A stretch of DNA of 64,000 bases from Octopus bimaculoides (taxonomy: Eukaryota): the NCBI RefSeq assembly GCF_001194135.2, contig NC_068985.1, positions 106,473,516 to 106,537,515 on the forward strand, given 5' to 3'. How positions within the stretch are numbered: position 1 is the stretch's first letter; each line of letters opens with the position of its first letter. Shown here in pieces: positions 1 through 12,737 of the stretch. Both the position numbers and the translations under genes were made by a program. The notes below the pieces were generated by a model. It was given only the letters and a program-made list of their open reading frames with translations, was not told the DNA's origin and did no database searches.

Positions 1-851
1 TTCTCTTTTTGCCTATGAACGCAGAAAACAATCGCTGTTGTTTAGCCGCGTGGCCTGATTAGTTAGACCTATAATCAAAAGAATTCCAGCAATGAACATC
101 AGGGCATTTTTTTTCAGGTATCAGGTGTGTAATAATTATCCGATGTAACTCTAAACAAACTGTTCAAGGATCGCTAGAGTCTAAGAAATCATTTTTAACA
201 CGATAGGTTATGAAATTTAACTCCTAATAATAGCAGGTCAAGCGATCAATAGAGGCTCCCGTGCTGGATCATGTAAAATAGTAGTACTATTCAGAGGTTA
301 AATTCAATCTTCAACCACAACTATACTTAAACAAAACTTTGACGCGGTTTGTAAATTTTTTTTTTTCATCGTTATTAAAATTATTAGTGTTCAAATCTGT
401 TCAGGATCTACTTTCCCTTTTATCCTTCTGGATCGATCGTGTCCTCCACATCCCTAACTTGTGGTTTTCCCAGTGTAAGAAATCCTTATTGTTACCATAC
501 TAATACGGTAGTCATAGGTAAGTTCCCGAGAAACGAAACTAGCGACGCGGTTTCGATTTTCGGTTTAAGCGTATTCTATATAAATTCAAGCCAATAATGT
601 CTTTGAGAAAACAAAGATTGAACACCACAGCATTACATTTTCACCACCTTATATATCAGTGGCTAATGAGCGTAAAAAAAATTTTCTCGGTTATCAAACC
701 ATGAGTGCATATTGTAATGTCAATGAATTTGTAACATAAATACTTGTGTAAGTATATGTATATATAGATGAATTAAATATATATACTATAAATATATGAA
801 CACACATACATGAACATACGCAGACACACATGTAAGATGTATTTAACTTAC

Positions 852-936
852 CGGCAGCAGTAATAAGTCCCCACAGCCGACAGAACCAAAGCAGACCGTT
901 CCAAGGACATGTTTTTCTGCCATCGCGACAGCACAT
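852..936 (-). CDS. Probable first coding exon of a minus-strand host gene running off the left end (possible signal-peptide exon)
   Basis: Minus strand reads ATG(936) MCCRDGRKTCPWNGLLWFCRLWGLITAA+G, then a consensus donor G|GTAAGT (GT = 851-850), phase 1. An alternative ATG at 923 gives MAEKHVLGTVCFGSVGCGDLLLLP, phase 0, with the same donor. CpG-rich context, promoter motifs just upstream. No homology recognised. Confidence 0.5.
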
Positions 937-1079
937 TCCACAGATAAAAGAGGGTCCAAAAAGCAACGGGTTGCTTACTCCAATATAGTTTCTGCGATTA
1001 TTATTATTATTGTTTTTTGTTGTTATTTATTTACTTTTTTTTCGCGCCACTCCAAACAGCTGAATAGAAAGCATGAAGT

Positions 1080-1230
1080 AAAGCCATGAAGGGAGCGAAT
1101 TAACCCGGAAGTAGTCATCGCTGACCTCTCGCTTCGCTGCTCCCCATTGGTCGAGCTGCTGAGGTGAGAGCAGCCAGTGCTATATGGTGTGATCTGGCGT
1201 AACGCGTGAGCAGGGACTGTACACACATTT
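1080..1230. promoter_or_regulatory. CpG-retaining promoter, possibly bidirectional
   Basis: ETS motif CCGGAAGT at 1105-1112 and CCAAT box (ATTGG) at 1146-1150. Many intact CpGs. Plus-strand donor GAG|GTGAGA at 1163/1164; minus-strand exon and donor at 852. Confidence 0.55.
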
Positions 1231-1699
1231 ATACATTCGTTAATAGATATAAATACTTACACACAGACGGCATACGTTGACTAGCATATAATAGTACACA
1301 AAATACACACACACATACGTGTTTACGCATACACACGCGGTATTGCATATAATACGTTAAGGTACAAAAGATTATACACGCTATCATTCATATAGGCATA
1401 TACGCATACATGAATATGCATATAAATGTCTTTATATGTATGAGTACATACTACACAGGTACACACAAAAAGACGCATATACACTCACACGCACACCCAA
1501 CGCATATATTCATGTATTTGTGTGTACCCCCCAACCCCATGCACTCATTCACAAACTTATACGTACGTGTAGATAAAAACATTATTCACGTCATTCTTAC
1601 ATTTCGATGCTAACATATACACGTGTATACATACCTCCTTACACATATGCACACTACATATTTGTATGTGTGTGCGAGCACTGTATATGTGTGCTACAT

Positions 1700-2000
1700 A
1701 CATAATTAACGACACAATTACTAGGTCTTGGGTTCGATCCCACTACGTGACATCTTAAGCTAGGGTCTTTAGCCACGGGACAACCCAAAGATTGTGAGCG
1801 CAATTAGTTAAACGGAAATTCGTTGGTTACATTGTAGCTGCAATTCAAAAGTATACAATGTCACGTTGAATCTGGCTGAGGATTACGTTAAGACTACATG
1901 TGTTTGTGGAATATTCAGCCACTCGCACTAATTTAATGACCCGGTAATTTAGTTAATCGAACTATTAACTGCTCATCGCTGAAACCGACTAGGACCCATT
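1700..2000 (+). mobile_element. Degenerate tRNA-derived SINE
   Basis: B-box-like GGGTTCGATCCC at ~1730. The 3' part resembles the reverse complement of 20890-21060. Confidence 0.5.
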
Positions 2001-2059
2001 ACTTCCTATTCGCTAATAATGATGTATTAAATATATATATATATAATGATATATTAAAT

Positions 2060-2340
2060 ATATATATTAAATTTTACAAGTAAAAAGGTTGACAGTTATT
2101 TAGAAGTTTCGGCTTACTAGCCGTCGTCAAACTCTTAACCGAAATTTCGAAGTCACTTTAATTTACCGTGAGAAAGAGAATAAACAAAAAGGGTACACTA
2201 CAAAAAAGTATTGAGTGATCCTTCAATATAATAAGGTTTAACTGTTTTATATATAACTTTACATAAAGACAAAGAGTGGGAGAGAGAATGTGTGTGTCAG
2301 CGAAGGAGACTAGTCGATACACGTACGTTATATAACTATA
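2060..2340 (-). mobile_element. Probable Penelope-like pseudo-LTR with hammerhead core
   Basis: Minus strand 2130->2106 reads TTGACGA-CGGCT-AGTA-AGCC-GAAAC, a hammerhead catalytic core with stem II. Such minimal hammerheads are typical of PLE pLTRs. Confidence 0.5.
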
Positions 2341-2699
2341 GGTGAGTCAGAGGGCGGGGGCAAAGCGCATAATGTTCGCTAGCCCCTCGTCGTTGTTGAG
2401 ATCGATATGATTATGTTCAATTTGAACATCTGTCAGTAAAATAAATAAGTGGGCGATGATTAATGCTATGTTAAACGGGGTGGGTGGAGTGGTTCATTGG
2501 AAGCCTAAAAATGCGAAATAAGGAGTGATGAGAGGGAAAAGTAAAGACAGGTGGACTTGATGTAAATGGTATGCAACTACCTAGTTCTAGGAGCAGCGCT
2601 GTTGTAAGCAATAAGTATTCACAGGAAAAGGAGTCAGCACATCTTCGATGTGGACGTTGTTGTAAGTTGATGAGTGAATCTTTGCCAACCACACCCAAC

Positions 2700-2860
2700 T
2701 TCGTTCGGATATGTGGAATTAATATTTCATTAAAGTTTTATGGCGTTTTATTTGAGATCTGTGAAGGGTGAGCTTAAGTATTTCCTGGCCCTGAAGAGGG
2801 AGCTAAACTAGTCGATGCAGATTTTCTGTTATATGTGTATAATATATATGAGAGACCATC
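2700..2860 (+). mobile_element. Probable PLE pLTR remnant with degenerate hammerhead
   Basis: CTGAAGA (2791-2797) ... AAACTAGTC (2805-2813), with a palindromic helix-III ACTAGT as in PLE minimal hammerheads. The conserved G before AAAC is lost. Confidence 0.4.
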
Positions 2861-3709
2861 AGACATTGTGAGGCCTCGCATTTGTCGCAACTTCGAAGAT
2901 TCTGTTGTCTATTATTTATTCATCTGTTGGCGGTTGAAGCAGAAGATTGTTTTCTTTGTGAGTTTTGTGATTGTATCTAAGTAGAGATTATATTGTAATG
3001 TCCCTGTTTGAGGGTGTTATCAAGGCTCTCGTTCCTAGAGTAGTTGCACCACACGAGCCAACAAATCAATGTCACTACACACAAGAACCCACATCCACAC
3101 ACAACACTATTACAGTCGTATCTCACATCCGTAAAATATTAAGTTGAAAAACTTCGATCAACTGAGACTATCCAGACAATTAAACAAAAAAGTTGTCAAG
3201 GAGTGTTTAAAAGAAATAAAGCAAGTGAATTATTTTCCTTTTTTTTTTTTTAACGCTCAATGGGTTCCAATACGACCAGTGGATAAATACATTTTTTTCT
3301 TTTTGAAAATATAGACAATGCAGTTTAGAATAGATGTGGTCATTCAAGGGAACTGGTGAAAGCTATAAGCATGTTTTACACTTATTAATCCCTCTTTGGT
3401 GGAGCATATTCTACCAAGTTGTAAAGATTAAGAGTGATCACACATCACATCATCTTAAACCACATTTCACTCCACCCCATGTCATACTATACCCAAACAC
3501 TGCTCGTCTATGCAAACACACTACATTACGCACCACGTCTAAAACCACAGCACTAACCTTCACGCTACAGTACTAGCTGTATGCAACACCCTGTGCGTCT
3601 CACTACTGAGTTTCACACACTAAATACTATATTTCACAACCCCACTCTTCACACAATATTTTCCATCACTACATAACGCAGAGAGAGCCTCTACGCAGTT
3701 GCTTTACAT

Positions 3710-3995
3710 CAGTGGTTCTCAAACGGGATCCCCCATGACCCTTGGGTGTCCACACAAACAAAATAATAAATTGAGGATCCACAGTAGTATCTTAAGGGTC
3801 CATGAAAAAAAGTTTGCTTTTGATGTATCTATTGCAATAAACAGCTAGTTTTCTGTCTCTCGTGTTCTTTATAGCTTAACATATTTCCAGCCACTGAAAC
3901 ATGTTCTTTCAGAGAGTGTTGTCGCAAACCTGTACGAGTGAATGTGTGAAAAAGAAAATAGGAATTTTTTTAAGAGCTATCTTTAAAGCTAGTTT
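3710..3995. mobile_element. hAT/Charlie-like MITE end
   Basis: Begins CAGTGGTTCTCAAAC, a typical hAT-Charlie TIR. The other end is not seen because a second MITE and a gap follow. Confidence 0.4.
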
Positions 3996-4055
3996 TTAAC
4001 CCTTTAGCATTTAATCCAGCCATATCTGACTAAAATATTCTAACTGTTTTATGTT
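3996..4055. mobile_element. piggyBac-like MITE end, truncated by gap
   Basis: TTAA-CCCTTTAGCATT terminus; same family as 48530-48754. Confidence 0.5.
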
Positions 4056-4477
4056 NNNNNNNNNNNNNNNNNNNNNNNNNNNNNNNNNNNNNNNNNNNNN
4101 NNNNNNNNNNNNNNNNNNNNNNNNNNNNNNNNNNNNNNNNNNNNNNNNNNNNNNNNNNNNNNNNNNNNNNNNNNNNNNNNNNNNNNNNNNNNNNNNNNNN
4201 NNNNNNNNNNNNNNNNNNNNNNNNNNNNNNNNNNNNNNNNNNNNNNNNNNNNNNNNNNNNNNNNNNNNNNNNNNNNNNNNNNNNNNNNNNNNNNNNNNNN
4301 NNNNNNNNNNNNNNNNNNNNNNNNNNNNNNNNNNNNNNNNNNNNNNNNNNNNNNNNNNNNNNNNNNNNNNNNNNNNNNNNNNNNNNNNNNNNNNNNNNNN
4401 NNNNNNNNNNNNNNNNNNNNNNNNNNNNNNNNNNNNNNNNNNNNNNNNNNNNNNNNNNNNNNNNNNNNNNNNNNNNN

Positions 4478-4602
4478 GAGCCTCGTGGAGCTTTTAGGTG
4501 TTTTCGCTCAATAAACACTCACAACACCCGGTCTGGGAATCGAAACCGCGATCCTATGACCGCGAGTCCGCTGCCCTAACCACAGGGCCATTGCGCCTCC
4601 AC
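4478..4602 (-). mobile_element. tRNA-derived SINE 5' part (family C, young copy)
   Basis: Minus strand head GGAGGCGCAATGGCCCTGTGGTTAGGGCAGCGGACTCGCGGTCATAGGATCGCGGTTTCGATTCCC with A and B boxes. Near-identical to 21175-21295. Confidence 0.8.
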
Positions 4603-5370
4603 TGTCATAAAAATAAGCAATCACATAGGTTTGGCATGAATGCTTTTAACAGGATTTGTTAAAAACATTCATGCCAAACCTTAGATCTAATTTATGACTT
4701 CTCGTCAGTTTCAGAGACCCTGAAAAAAAAAAAAAAGATCAGGATTACTGTTCTTCTTCTTTTGAATGTCTTTTAAATAATTTTTTTTTTTTTTCAAATT
4801 CAGAAAGAAGAACACACCACACCTCATAATCCAACAAAAGAGCCTTTTATGTGGTCACTTGATGTGTTATACATAGAAACCAAATTTCTTGCAATATCAT
4901 ACTCTCTTAGAAAGCCATACATTGGAAAATGTGGTCTAATATACCCTAAATCTTAAAAAAAAGAACAGAATAGGCATGGCTGGAGCATCTTTGATCATAG
5001 AGCTGCTCGATCAGGAGCTAAATAAGTCACATATCTATACACATATATTTATATATGTACTCATGCATCTAAGCATGTATTACGTGAGGAAAAGTGCTAT
5101 TTATCTTCTCTGATAAACAAAAGTCCTGTAGTTTCAGCAGTTTTGTTGACTTCAGAGTGTGAGGACCAGTGAAATAGAAATATTTTAACAAACAGATATG
5201 AATTGGCAACAAATAGTTGTGTGTTTGACAAGTGTTACTACATTTATGGTCTTCTTCTTCTTCAAGCAGTTGCAAACAAGATGCATTTTATCATGCTCAT
5301 CACGAATCTCTGTCCATCACCAATTTTAGTAGGTCCCACGTTTCCTGTTGTGCCTCAGCTGATCTTTCTA

Positions 5371-5402
<32 letters not shown>

Positions 5403-5421
5403 ACCTATCTACACACACATA

Positions 5422-6002
5422 TTCTCTTATTCTCTTACTTGTTTCAGTCATTTGACTGTGGCCATGCTGGAGCACCGCCTTTAGTTAAGCAAATCAACCC
5501 CAGAGCTTATTCTTTGTAAGCCTAGTACTTATTCTATCGGTCTCTTTTGCCGAACCGCTAAGTTACGAGGATGTAAACACACCATCATTGGTTATCAAGC
5601 AATGTTGAGGGGACAAACACAGACACACAAACATATACACACACATACATCATCATCATCATCATCATCGTCGTTTAACGTCCGCTTTCCATGCTAGCAT
5701 GGGTTGGACGATTTGACTGAGGACTGGTGGACCAGGAGGCGACACCAGGCTCCAATCTGGTTTGGCAGAGTTTCTACAGTTGGATGCCCTTCCTAACGCC
5801 AACCACTTCGAGAGTGTAGTGGGTGCTTTTATGTGCCACCGGCACGAGGGCCAGTCAGGCGGGTACTGGCAACAGCCATGCTCGAAATGATGGGCTTCTT
5901 CCAGTTTCCGTCTACCAAATCCACTCACAAGGCTTTAGTTGGCCTGAGGCTATAGTAGAAGACACTTGCCCAAGATGCCATGCAGTGGGACTGAACCCAT
6001 GT
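5422..6002 (-). mobile_element. tRNA-derived CORE-type SINE (family A; OR-like octopus SINE) with an RTE 3' end nested in its central microsatellite
   Basis: Reverse complement of the family-A consensus seen at 16094-16490. Interrupted at 5648-5890 by an RTE 3' UTR with a (CAT)n tail. Confidence 0.85.
5648..5890 (-). mobile_element. RTE LINE 3' UTR fragment with (GAT)n tail
   Basis: Reverse complement of the 3' end at 9362-9530 and 27230-27552 (...CATGCTAGCATGGAAAGCGGACGTTAAACGATGATG). Confidence 0.8.
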
Positions 6003-6273
6003 ACTTTTTCATCAAAGCTGCAAAAACATAACAAAAACTGTTACTCTGCATTTCATGTTCTCATTTGTCAGACAGCTATGATCAAGACTGGAATAAAATT
6101 GTGATGGTACATGTAATATATGATTTGATATAAATAAAAAGCATATTTGTATTCAAGTACTATTTTTTGTATATATATATATATATTATATATCATCATC
6201 ATCATTATCTAATGTCCATTTTGCATGCTAGCGTATATATATATATATATATATATGCATATATATACATATA

Positions 6274-6402
6274 TATTGGGTCATCCCATAAATAACGCAG
6301 TTTTTTAATATTTCTTTTATTTTACAAAATTAATATAAACAAAGTTCTTTTTTAATCTAAAATATACTCTCCTTCATTTTCTACAATGCTTTTCCATATA
6401 TC
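6274..6402. mobile_element. Tc1/mariner-type terminal fragment
   Basis: TA followed by TTGGGTCATCCCATAAATAACGCAG, resembling a mariner TIR, at the edge of a (TA)n run. No partner TIR found. Confidence 0.35.
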
Positions 6403-7356
6403 TCAGAAATACCAAAATAAAATTATGGATTTACGGAGGGTCAAAGTTAGGAACAAAAACAGGACAGTAGAGACATACAAGGAAACTGAACGAAAACAAA
6501 CATAGAGGGTTGTTAGCCCTGAACGAGAAATATTTTCTTTGGAAAGAGAAAAAATAGAAGGGAGAGATAGGAGACGTCCAGTCCTTAGAACATCCGTGCA
6601 GGAAAGAAAGATGGTCACATGTGAGCAGCAAGAGAGAGAAAAAGAGAAAGAGGGGTGGGGAGACATATGTATGTATGTATAGATAGATAGATAGATGCAA
6701 AGAGAGAGACCTTTAGTAGAGTAAACAGTATATATTAGTACATGCACATATACGTTTGTGCTTGAAAAAATATGGTGAGGTGGTCATAGCTGGAATGTCT
6801 TTTTATCATAGATCATTTTGATCAGAACTGACCTGAAGCAAAGCAACAACTTCAGAAGCAAACACACACAAACAAAAGAGAAAAACAGATTCCACATACC
6901 AGTCTGTTCTATCATTGTACCTCCTCACCCTTACTTCCATTAATTCCCATGCAAGACCAAAGGCCAGTGGACATTGCTAAAGAATGACTATATATATAAT
7001 ATGACATACAAAGTCATTAAGTCCTTTGAGAGTTAGGAACAGAAGAATTTAAGGAATTGAAAACTATTAAAAAGTAATTTAAATTAAAAAGAAAAACGAA
7101 ACAGGCAAACAATTATCCCTCATGGCTTGTAAAAACTGGCCAGAAATTACTCTCCAAATGACACAGAAGAATAGTGTCTGTGATGTGGTTGTAGATGTAC
7201 AACATAATTTATGATACTTGATAATATATTATATCATAATGCTACAAAATAAAATTAACTGATTTGAAAACCGTGTGGCTGGGAAGTAAACTTCTTAACT
7301 ACACTGCCATGCCTACATTATATATATGTGTATGAATGTATGTGTGTGTATATATA

Positions 7357-7412
<56 letters not shown>

Positions 7413-7422
7413 NNNNNNNNNN

Positions 7423-7469
<47 letters not shown>

Positions 7470-7995
7470 CCACTGAGTAACAACAACAGCAAACATGATG
7501 TGTGGATCCTGAAGAAATGCAACGAAGCTGCTGCCTTAAAAAGGACATTCCTCCTTAATGCCCAGGGTATCAACCCAGCTCAAAAATGGAAAATACCCTG
7601 CATTGAGGGATGGATTGCAGCACACTCACACCCAATCCCTTTCTTTGTCCTAATTAAGACCCACCTAAACGACCGTCATTTAGAGGCTGAACAGAAAATC
7701 AGAAGTCTTCACTGCCATTTGCGCTGATCAGGCAGGCCGAAAAAAGGGTAGATTTGCTATTTTCTTCCATGATTCTTTCAGCACAGATGCCAAGGACACT
7801 TTCTCCAATGGCTGTTGTGAACCAGTCTCTGTACGCAACAAGGGTAAAGACCTGTCTGTGATTGGGCTTTACAGACCCCTCACAAGCACCCTTACACTAT
7901 TTCCAAGATCAAATCTTTCCACCTGCAATGTAACCTATGAAATATCCTGGTGATGGGTGACTTCAACCTACCCTCCGTAGATTGGTCCACTAATA
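7470..7995 (+). mobile_element. CR1-group LINE apurinic-endonuclease (APE) fragment, decayed
   Basis: Translation has FLLNAQGINP...FVLIKTHLND (E->K in the ETHL motif) and ends ILVMGDFNLPSVDW, the classic GDFN motif. Stops and frameshifts are present. Confidence 0.75.
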
Positions 7996-8016
7996 TTGTT
8001 AGACCAATATATATAT

Positions 8017-8432
8017 AGGTGTGGCTGTGTGGTAAGAAGCTTGCTTCTCAACCACATGGTTCTGGGTTCAGTCCTACTGCATAACAACTTGGGCCAAGTG
8101 TCTTCTACTATAGCCTTGCACTGATCAAAGCCTTGTAAGTGGATCTGGTAGACGGAAACTGTAAAACACTCATTGTGTGTGTATATGTGTGTGTGTGTGT
8201 TTGTGTTTTAATGTGTGCATGTCTGTGTTTGTATCCTTCCCCACCCATTGCTTGACAATCAATGCCGCTATGTTTATGCCCCTGTAATTTAGTGGTTTGG
8301 CAAAAGAGACCAATAGAATAAGTACTAGGCATATAAAGAATAAGTCCTAGGGTCAATTTCTTTGACTAAAACCCTTTAAAGCAGTGCTCCAGCATGGTTG
8401 CAATTAAATGACTGAAACAAGAATAAAAAGAG
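8017..8432 (+). mobile_element. Family-A CORE-type SINE, full length
   Basis: A-box TGGCTGTGTGGT, B-box GGGTTCAGTCC, CORE-like TTGGGCCAAGTGTCTTCTACTATAGCC, central (TG)n, and 3' end ATGACTGAAACAAG...AAAAAGAG. Confidence 0.85.
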
Positions 8433-9014
8433 CATATATATACATACATACACATACACATATATATATACATAGATACACATGTATATACATACATACT
8501 TACATATATATATATACTCTTCGAAACGCCTGTGTTAAAATGGGGGTAGCTGATGAAGGAAAATGTTCTCTATGTGGCCTGTGTGTGTTCTGTACTCTGG
8601 TTATTATTATTTTTTTTTGTCTTCGTTTTGTTTGCAATGTCCTGTACCCAGATATGCACCGATATATACAGGTTGACATAGGTATGCACAAACCTGTACG
8701 TATATATGCATATACTCATTTATTATTTGTTTTATATATATATATATATATATATATCTGAGCAATAGTGTTTCCCATGTATTCTATTTTCTGTCTCCAT
8801 CATTTGCTTTATATGAAAGATTATGTAAATGACAAAGGAACAAGAAATTATACAATGAACTTCATGACGTAATTTCTTGTACCTCTGTCATCTATAGAAT
8901 CTCTTATTACACTCTGTACTCAAGTGACATTTTTCTCTAAAGCGTACGTGTATTGAGTTCTAACATCAAGTTAAAGTATTAGTTTTATATATTTGATACA
9001 AGAACAGCAAGCTC

Positions 9015-9172
9015 TTGGAGAGTGGGATAAATTGATTATATCGACCCCAGTGCTCCTGAAAGGATGAAAGGCGAAGTCGACCTTGGCGGAATTTGAACTC
9101 AGAACATAACGATGGATGAAATGCTGCTAAGCATTTTGCCTAGCATGCTAACAATTCAGCCAGCTTGCCACC
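9015..9172 (-). mobile_element. tRNA-derived SINE family B (partial)
   Basis: Matches 12738-12965 and 42930-43155; shares the central CCTTTCATCCTTTCGGGGTCGATAAA-type domain. Confidence 0.75.
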
Positions 9173-9224
9173 AGGTTATGAGTATTGCTATGTTAAGTGA
9201 AATATCAAAAAATATATATATATA

Positions 9225-9289
<65 letters not shown>

Positions 9290-9361
9290 AAATATATATA
9301 TATATATATATCTGTATGTATGTGTATATGTATGTGTATAAATATATATATATATGAAATA

Positions 9362-9530
9362 TATCCTACACTCTCTGAGTGGTTGGCGTTAGGAAGGGCA
9401 TCCAGCTGTAGAAACTCTGCCAAATCAGACTGGAGCCTGGTGTTGCCATCCGGTTTCACCAGTCCTCAGTCAAATCGTCCAACCCATGCTAGCATGGAAA
9501 GCGGACGTTAAACGATGATGATGATGATAT
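9362..9530 (+). mobile_element. RTE LINE 3' end, 5'-truncated, with (GAT)n tail
   Basis: CTACACTCTCTGAGTGGTTGGCGTTAGGAAGGGCATCCAGC...GGACGTTAAACGATGATG, inserted next to a (TA)n tract. Confidence 0.85.
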
Positions 9531-9982
9531 TAATACACACAAAAACACAAATATGCATTTGTGCTTGGTAAAATATGATGTGGGGGCAATAGATGGAATG
9601 TCTTTTCCTCATAGATGCCTTTGATCAGAAGTAAATGCACACACACACACACATCATGCACACATTCACACATACAAAAAAAAATCCCAAAAAACATTCC
9701 ACATACCAGCCTGCACTATCATTACATCAGCTAAATCTTGTCAAATCTTCGTATAGTTTGAATGCACACAGGTCTCAATGTTCAAGTGGTTAAAAAGTGT
9801 CAGCAGAAGGGCATCGAGGGGTCATGACTTAGAAGTAACTCGGCTTAGAGTGTAAGAAGTTAAGGGCTGAAGCGTTTGCCTGATGGCGGAATCTTCTCTG
9901 AAGACCTTCTGTTGTTCAGCTCTCCCAAGAGTTTCTAACCATGTATGTTTTATACACACACACAGACACACACACACCAACG

Positions 9983-10026
<44 letters not shown>

Positions 10027-10048
10027 NNNNNNNNNNTATATATATATG

Positions 10049-10086
<38 letters not shown>

Positions 10087-12737
10087 GGATTATGTTGAAG
10101 TAGCATTAGCATTACCTTTAGTTCATGTGCGTATATAAATATATACACACACACATATATAGATATACACATATATATATATATAATACAGACATCACAC
10201 ACATACACATATATATAGATATACACATATATATATATAATACAGACACACACACACACATGATATATATACATATATATATATTTATGTGTGTGTGTGA
10301 TATATACAAACACACATACATATATGCATAATGCTGTATGGTTAAGAAGTTTGCTTCCCAACCACATGGTTCCAGGTTCAATCCTACTGTGTAGCACCAT
10401 GGGCAAGTGTCTTCTACTATAATCTCAGGTCGACCAAAAGTTTGTGAATGTATTTGACAAACAAACTAAAAAGAGCCTATTTGCATGTGTGTGTGTTTCT
10501 CGTTGCTTTGCTAGAAATAGACTCTCTTCTGAATCTAGCCAATCAGCAATCATAGTTGTTTTAATCCTACTAGAACTGGTCAAGGACTTGCAGTGTGTTA
10601 CTCCATGCAAACACCTCATTGCTCTCCAACTTAATGGTCCTCTATCACTTCCGCCTCCCATCAAAACAGACATCAACTGATGCTGTTTGGAAATAGGGAT
10701 CTTTATACTCCCTTACCCCCATCCTTCTAATCTGTATTTTATTTCTTGGTTTGGGTTTCATAATCAATGCAAAGTAACTGAAAAGCAATTTATACTGAGG
10801 TGAGCTCTCTTGTTCACAATAACCAGTCTGTCTCCTTTTCTGGTCAATACAAGTCAGTCAGATCCTGTTGTCTACCTGATTCATAAGTGACCAGTTGATA
10901 AGCCATCTTTTTGAAGCCTATGTTGTCAATGTTCATTATTTTAGTTGTTCAGCTCCAATCAGTTCTGACTAATCAGACTTACAATCATAGGTAATCTAGC
11001 TATGACCGTCCCACTTTTTTCTCCAGGCTACATTACATTCTTATCGTTGCCAAATGTGTTCTGTTTGTAATTTGAAGAAGATTTAAATGCTATTTTAGCA
11101 GATCAAGTAACAACAAAGTGGCTTCAACTGGTGAATGTTTTATTCATATTTACACATTCATATTCAATTTCTTTTGTATCAGATCCGGGTGTAAAAAATT
11201 TTTGTTTCCTAGTAACACTAGACTGAAGTTGATTAACTGCATTCCTCAATATCTTAAGCTTAACCATTGGGTGTATAATTAAGAAGCTTGCTTCCCAGCT
11301 ACATGGTTTCAGGTTCATTCCCACTATATGGAATCTTGGGCAAGTATCTTCTACAATAGTCCTAGGATGACCAAAGCCAGTAAGTGAATTTAGTAGATGG
11401 AAACTTGAAGAAGCCCACTCTCTCTCTTATATATATATATATATATATAAACAGTATCAAGCACATACACAAGGTACTTGTTTTATGCGTGTGTGTGCTT
11501 GTCTTGACATTGTGTGATGGTTGTAAACAAATATGATGTCAAGTGGTGTCATTCAAACAAAAACAAAAAAAAAACCTACTTTATCATATCTCGTAGAACT
11601 TGTATAAACTGTTTTGTATGTTGTCCAGCACTGAACAATCGTGAACACTTTTGTTCAAAATATTTCTTTGCTTTGGAAAGTTACATAAAATTTTATACTT
11701 TCTAAACTTTGTTGAAATATCCTGAGTTTACTCACAAAATTATCGATCAAATAAAAGACACCATGTCACTAGATTTCCAAAATACCTTTCTGTTTAAGTT
11801 CAATCAGATTCAATGCAAAATCATTTAGCTAAGGAAAATTATGTTCTACACTTTTCATATGTAAAAATAGTCTGATTTCACTTAAAAATTCAATAAATAA
11901 TTGGCCAAGGCTCAACTATCTTATATTAGTAAACCATTGTAAATTGATTCAACTTTGTATAAAAGTAAATTAAATTCAACTATCAAATTGGCTATCTTTG
12001 TCATAACTTTCATTATTGAAATCATTAAAGGCCTACTTTGGCACCCATTACTTCCTGATTCATTTTACATCCATTTTTCCATGCTTGTATGGGTGAGGCA
12101 AACATGTTAATGAAGCCTTGTATTATTGTAATACAGTGATACCTTTCTCATCACCAATCCTTAGTCTATTGTTCAAGTAAGGGATCTCTGATTCCATGTA
12201 GCTTTGAAGGTATGAAGTGAGCAGATGATTGGTTGATAAGAAAATTGACAACACCACCATTCATACATTGCACACATACATGCACGCACACACACACACA
12301 CACACATGTATGTATGTATGTATGTATGTATGTATGTATGTATGTATGTATGTATGAATGTATGAACAAATAACAGGCTACTTTCAGTTTCTGTCTACCA
12401 AATCCACTCACAAGGCTTTGGTCAGCCAAAGGCTATTTAAGAAAGCACACAAGCTTAAAGTACTGCAAAGTGGGGTTGAATGCAAAGCCATGTAGTTGGG
12501 AAGCTCATCAATAGTCTCCCTAAAAATTCTGTATTAAGCTAATTAAGCTAACAATGTAATATCCGTAGTCTTATCAAGTCAACAAGGAAAAATTATAATG
12601 AGCTCATTGAATACAGTACTCAGGTCAACCACAGCTTGTTGGAAAAAGGGTAAAAGAAAGGACAGAAAGCAGCAATCAGTCAAGTAAAAACAAACAAACA
12701 AAAAACAAGAATGCCAGATGCATTTCAGCCTTCTTAT

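Noticed and set aside
474-517. Strong plus-strand acceptor/donor pair (44 nt)
   Set aside because: It is antisense within the putative first intron, with no supporting ORF or upstream exon in the window.
2571-2771. Plus ORF with GG|GTGAGC donor as a first exon
   Set aside because: No recognisable protein, and it abuts pLTR/hammerhead-like sequence, so it is more likely TE-derived.
4530-4602. tRNA gene
   Set aside because: No complete acceptor stem; it continues into a SINE body and is multi-copy (21225-21295).
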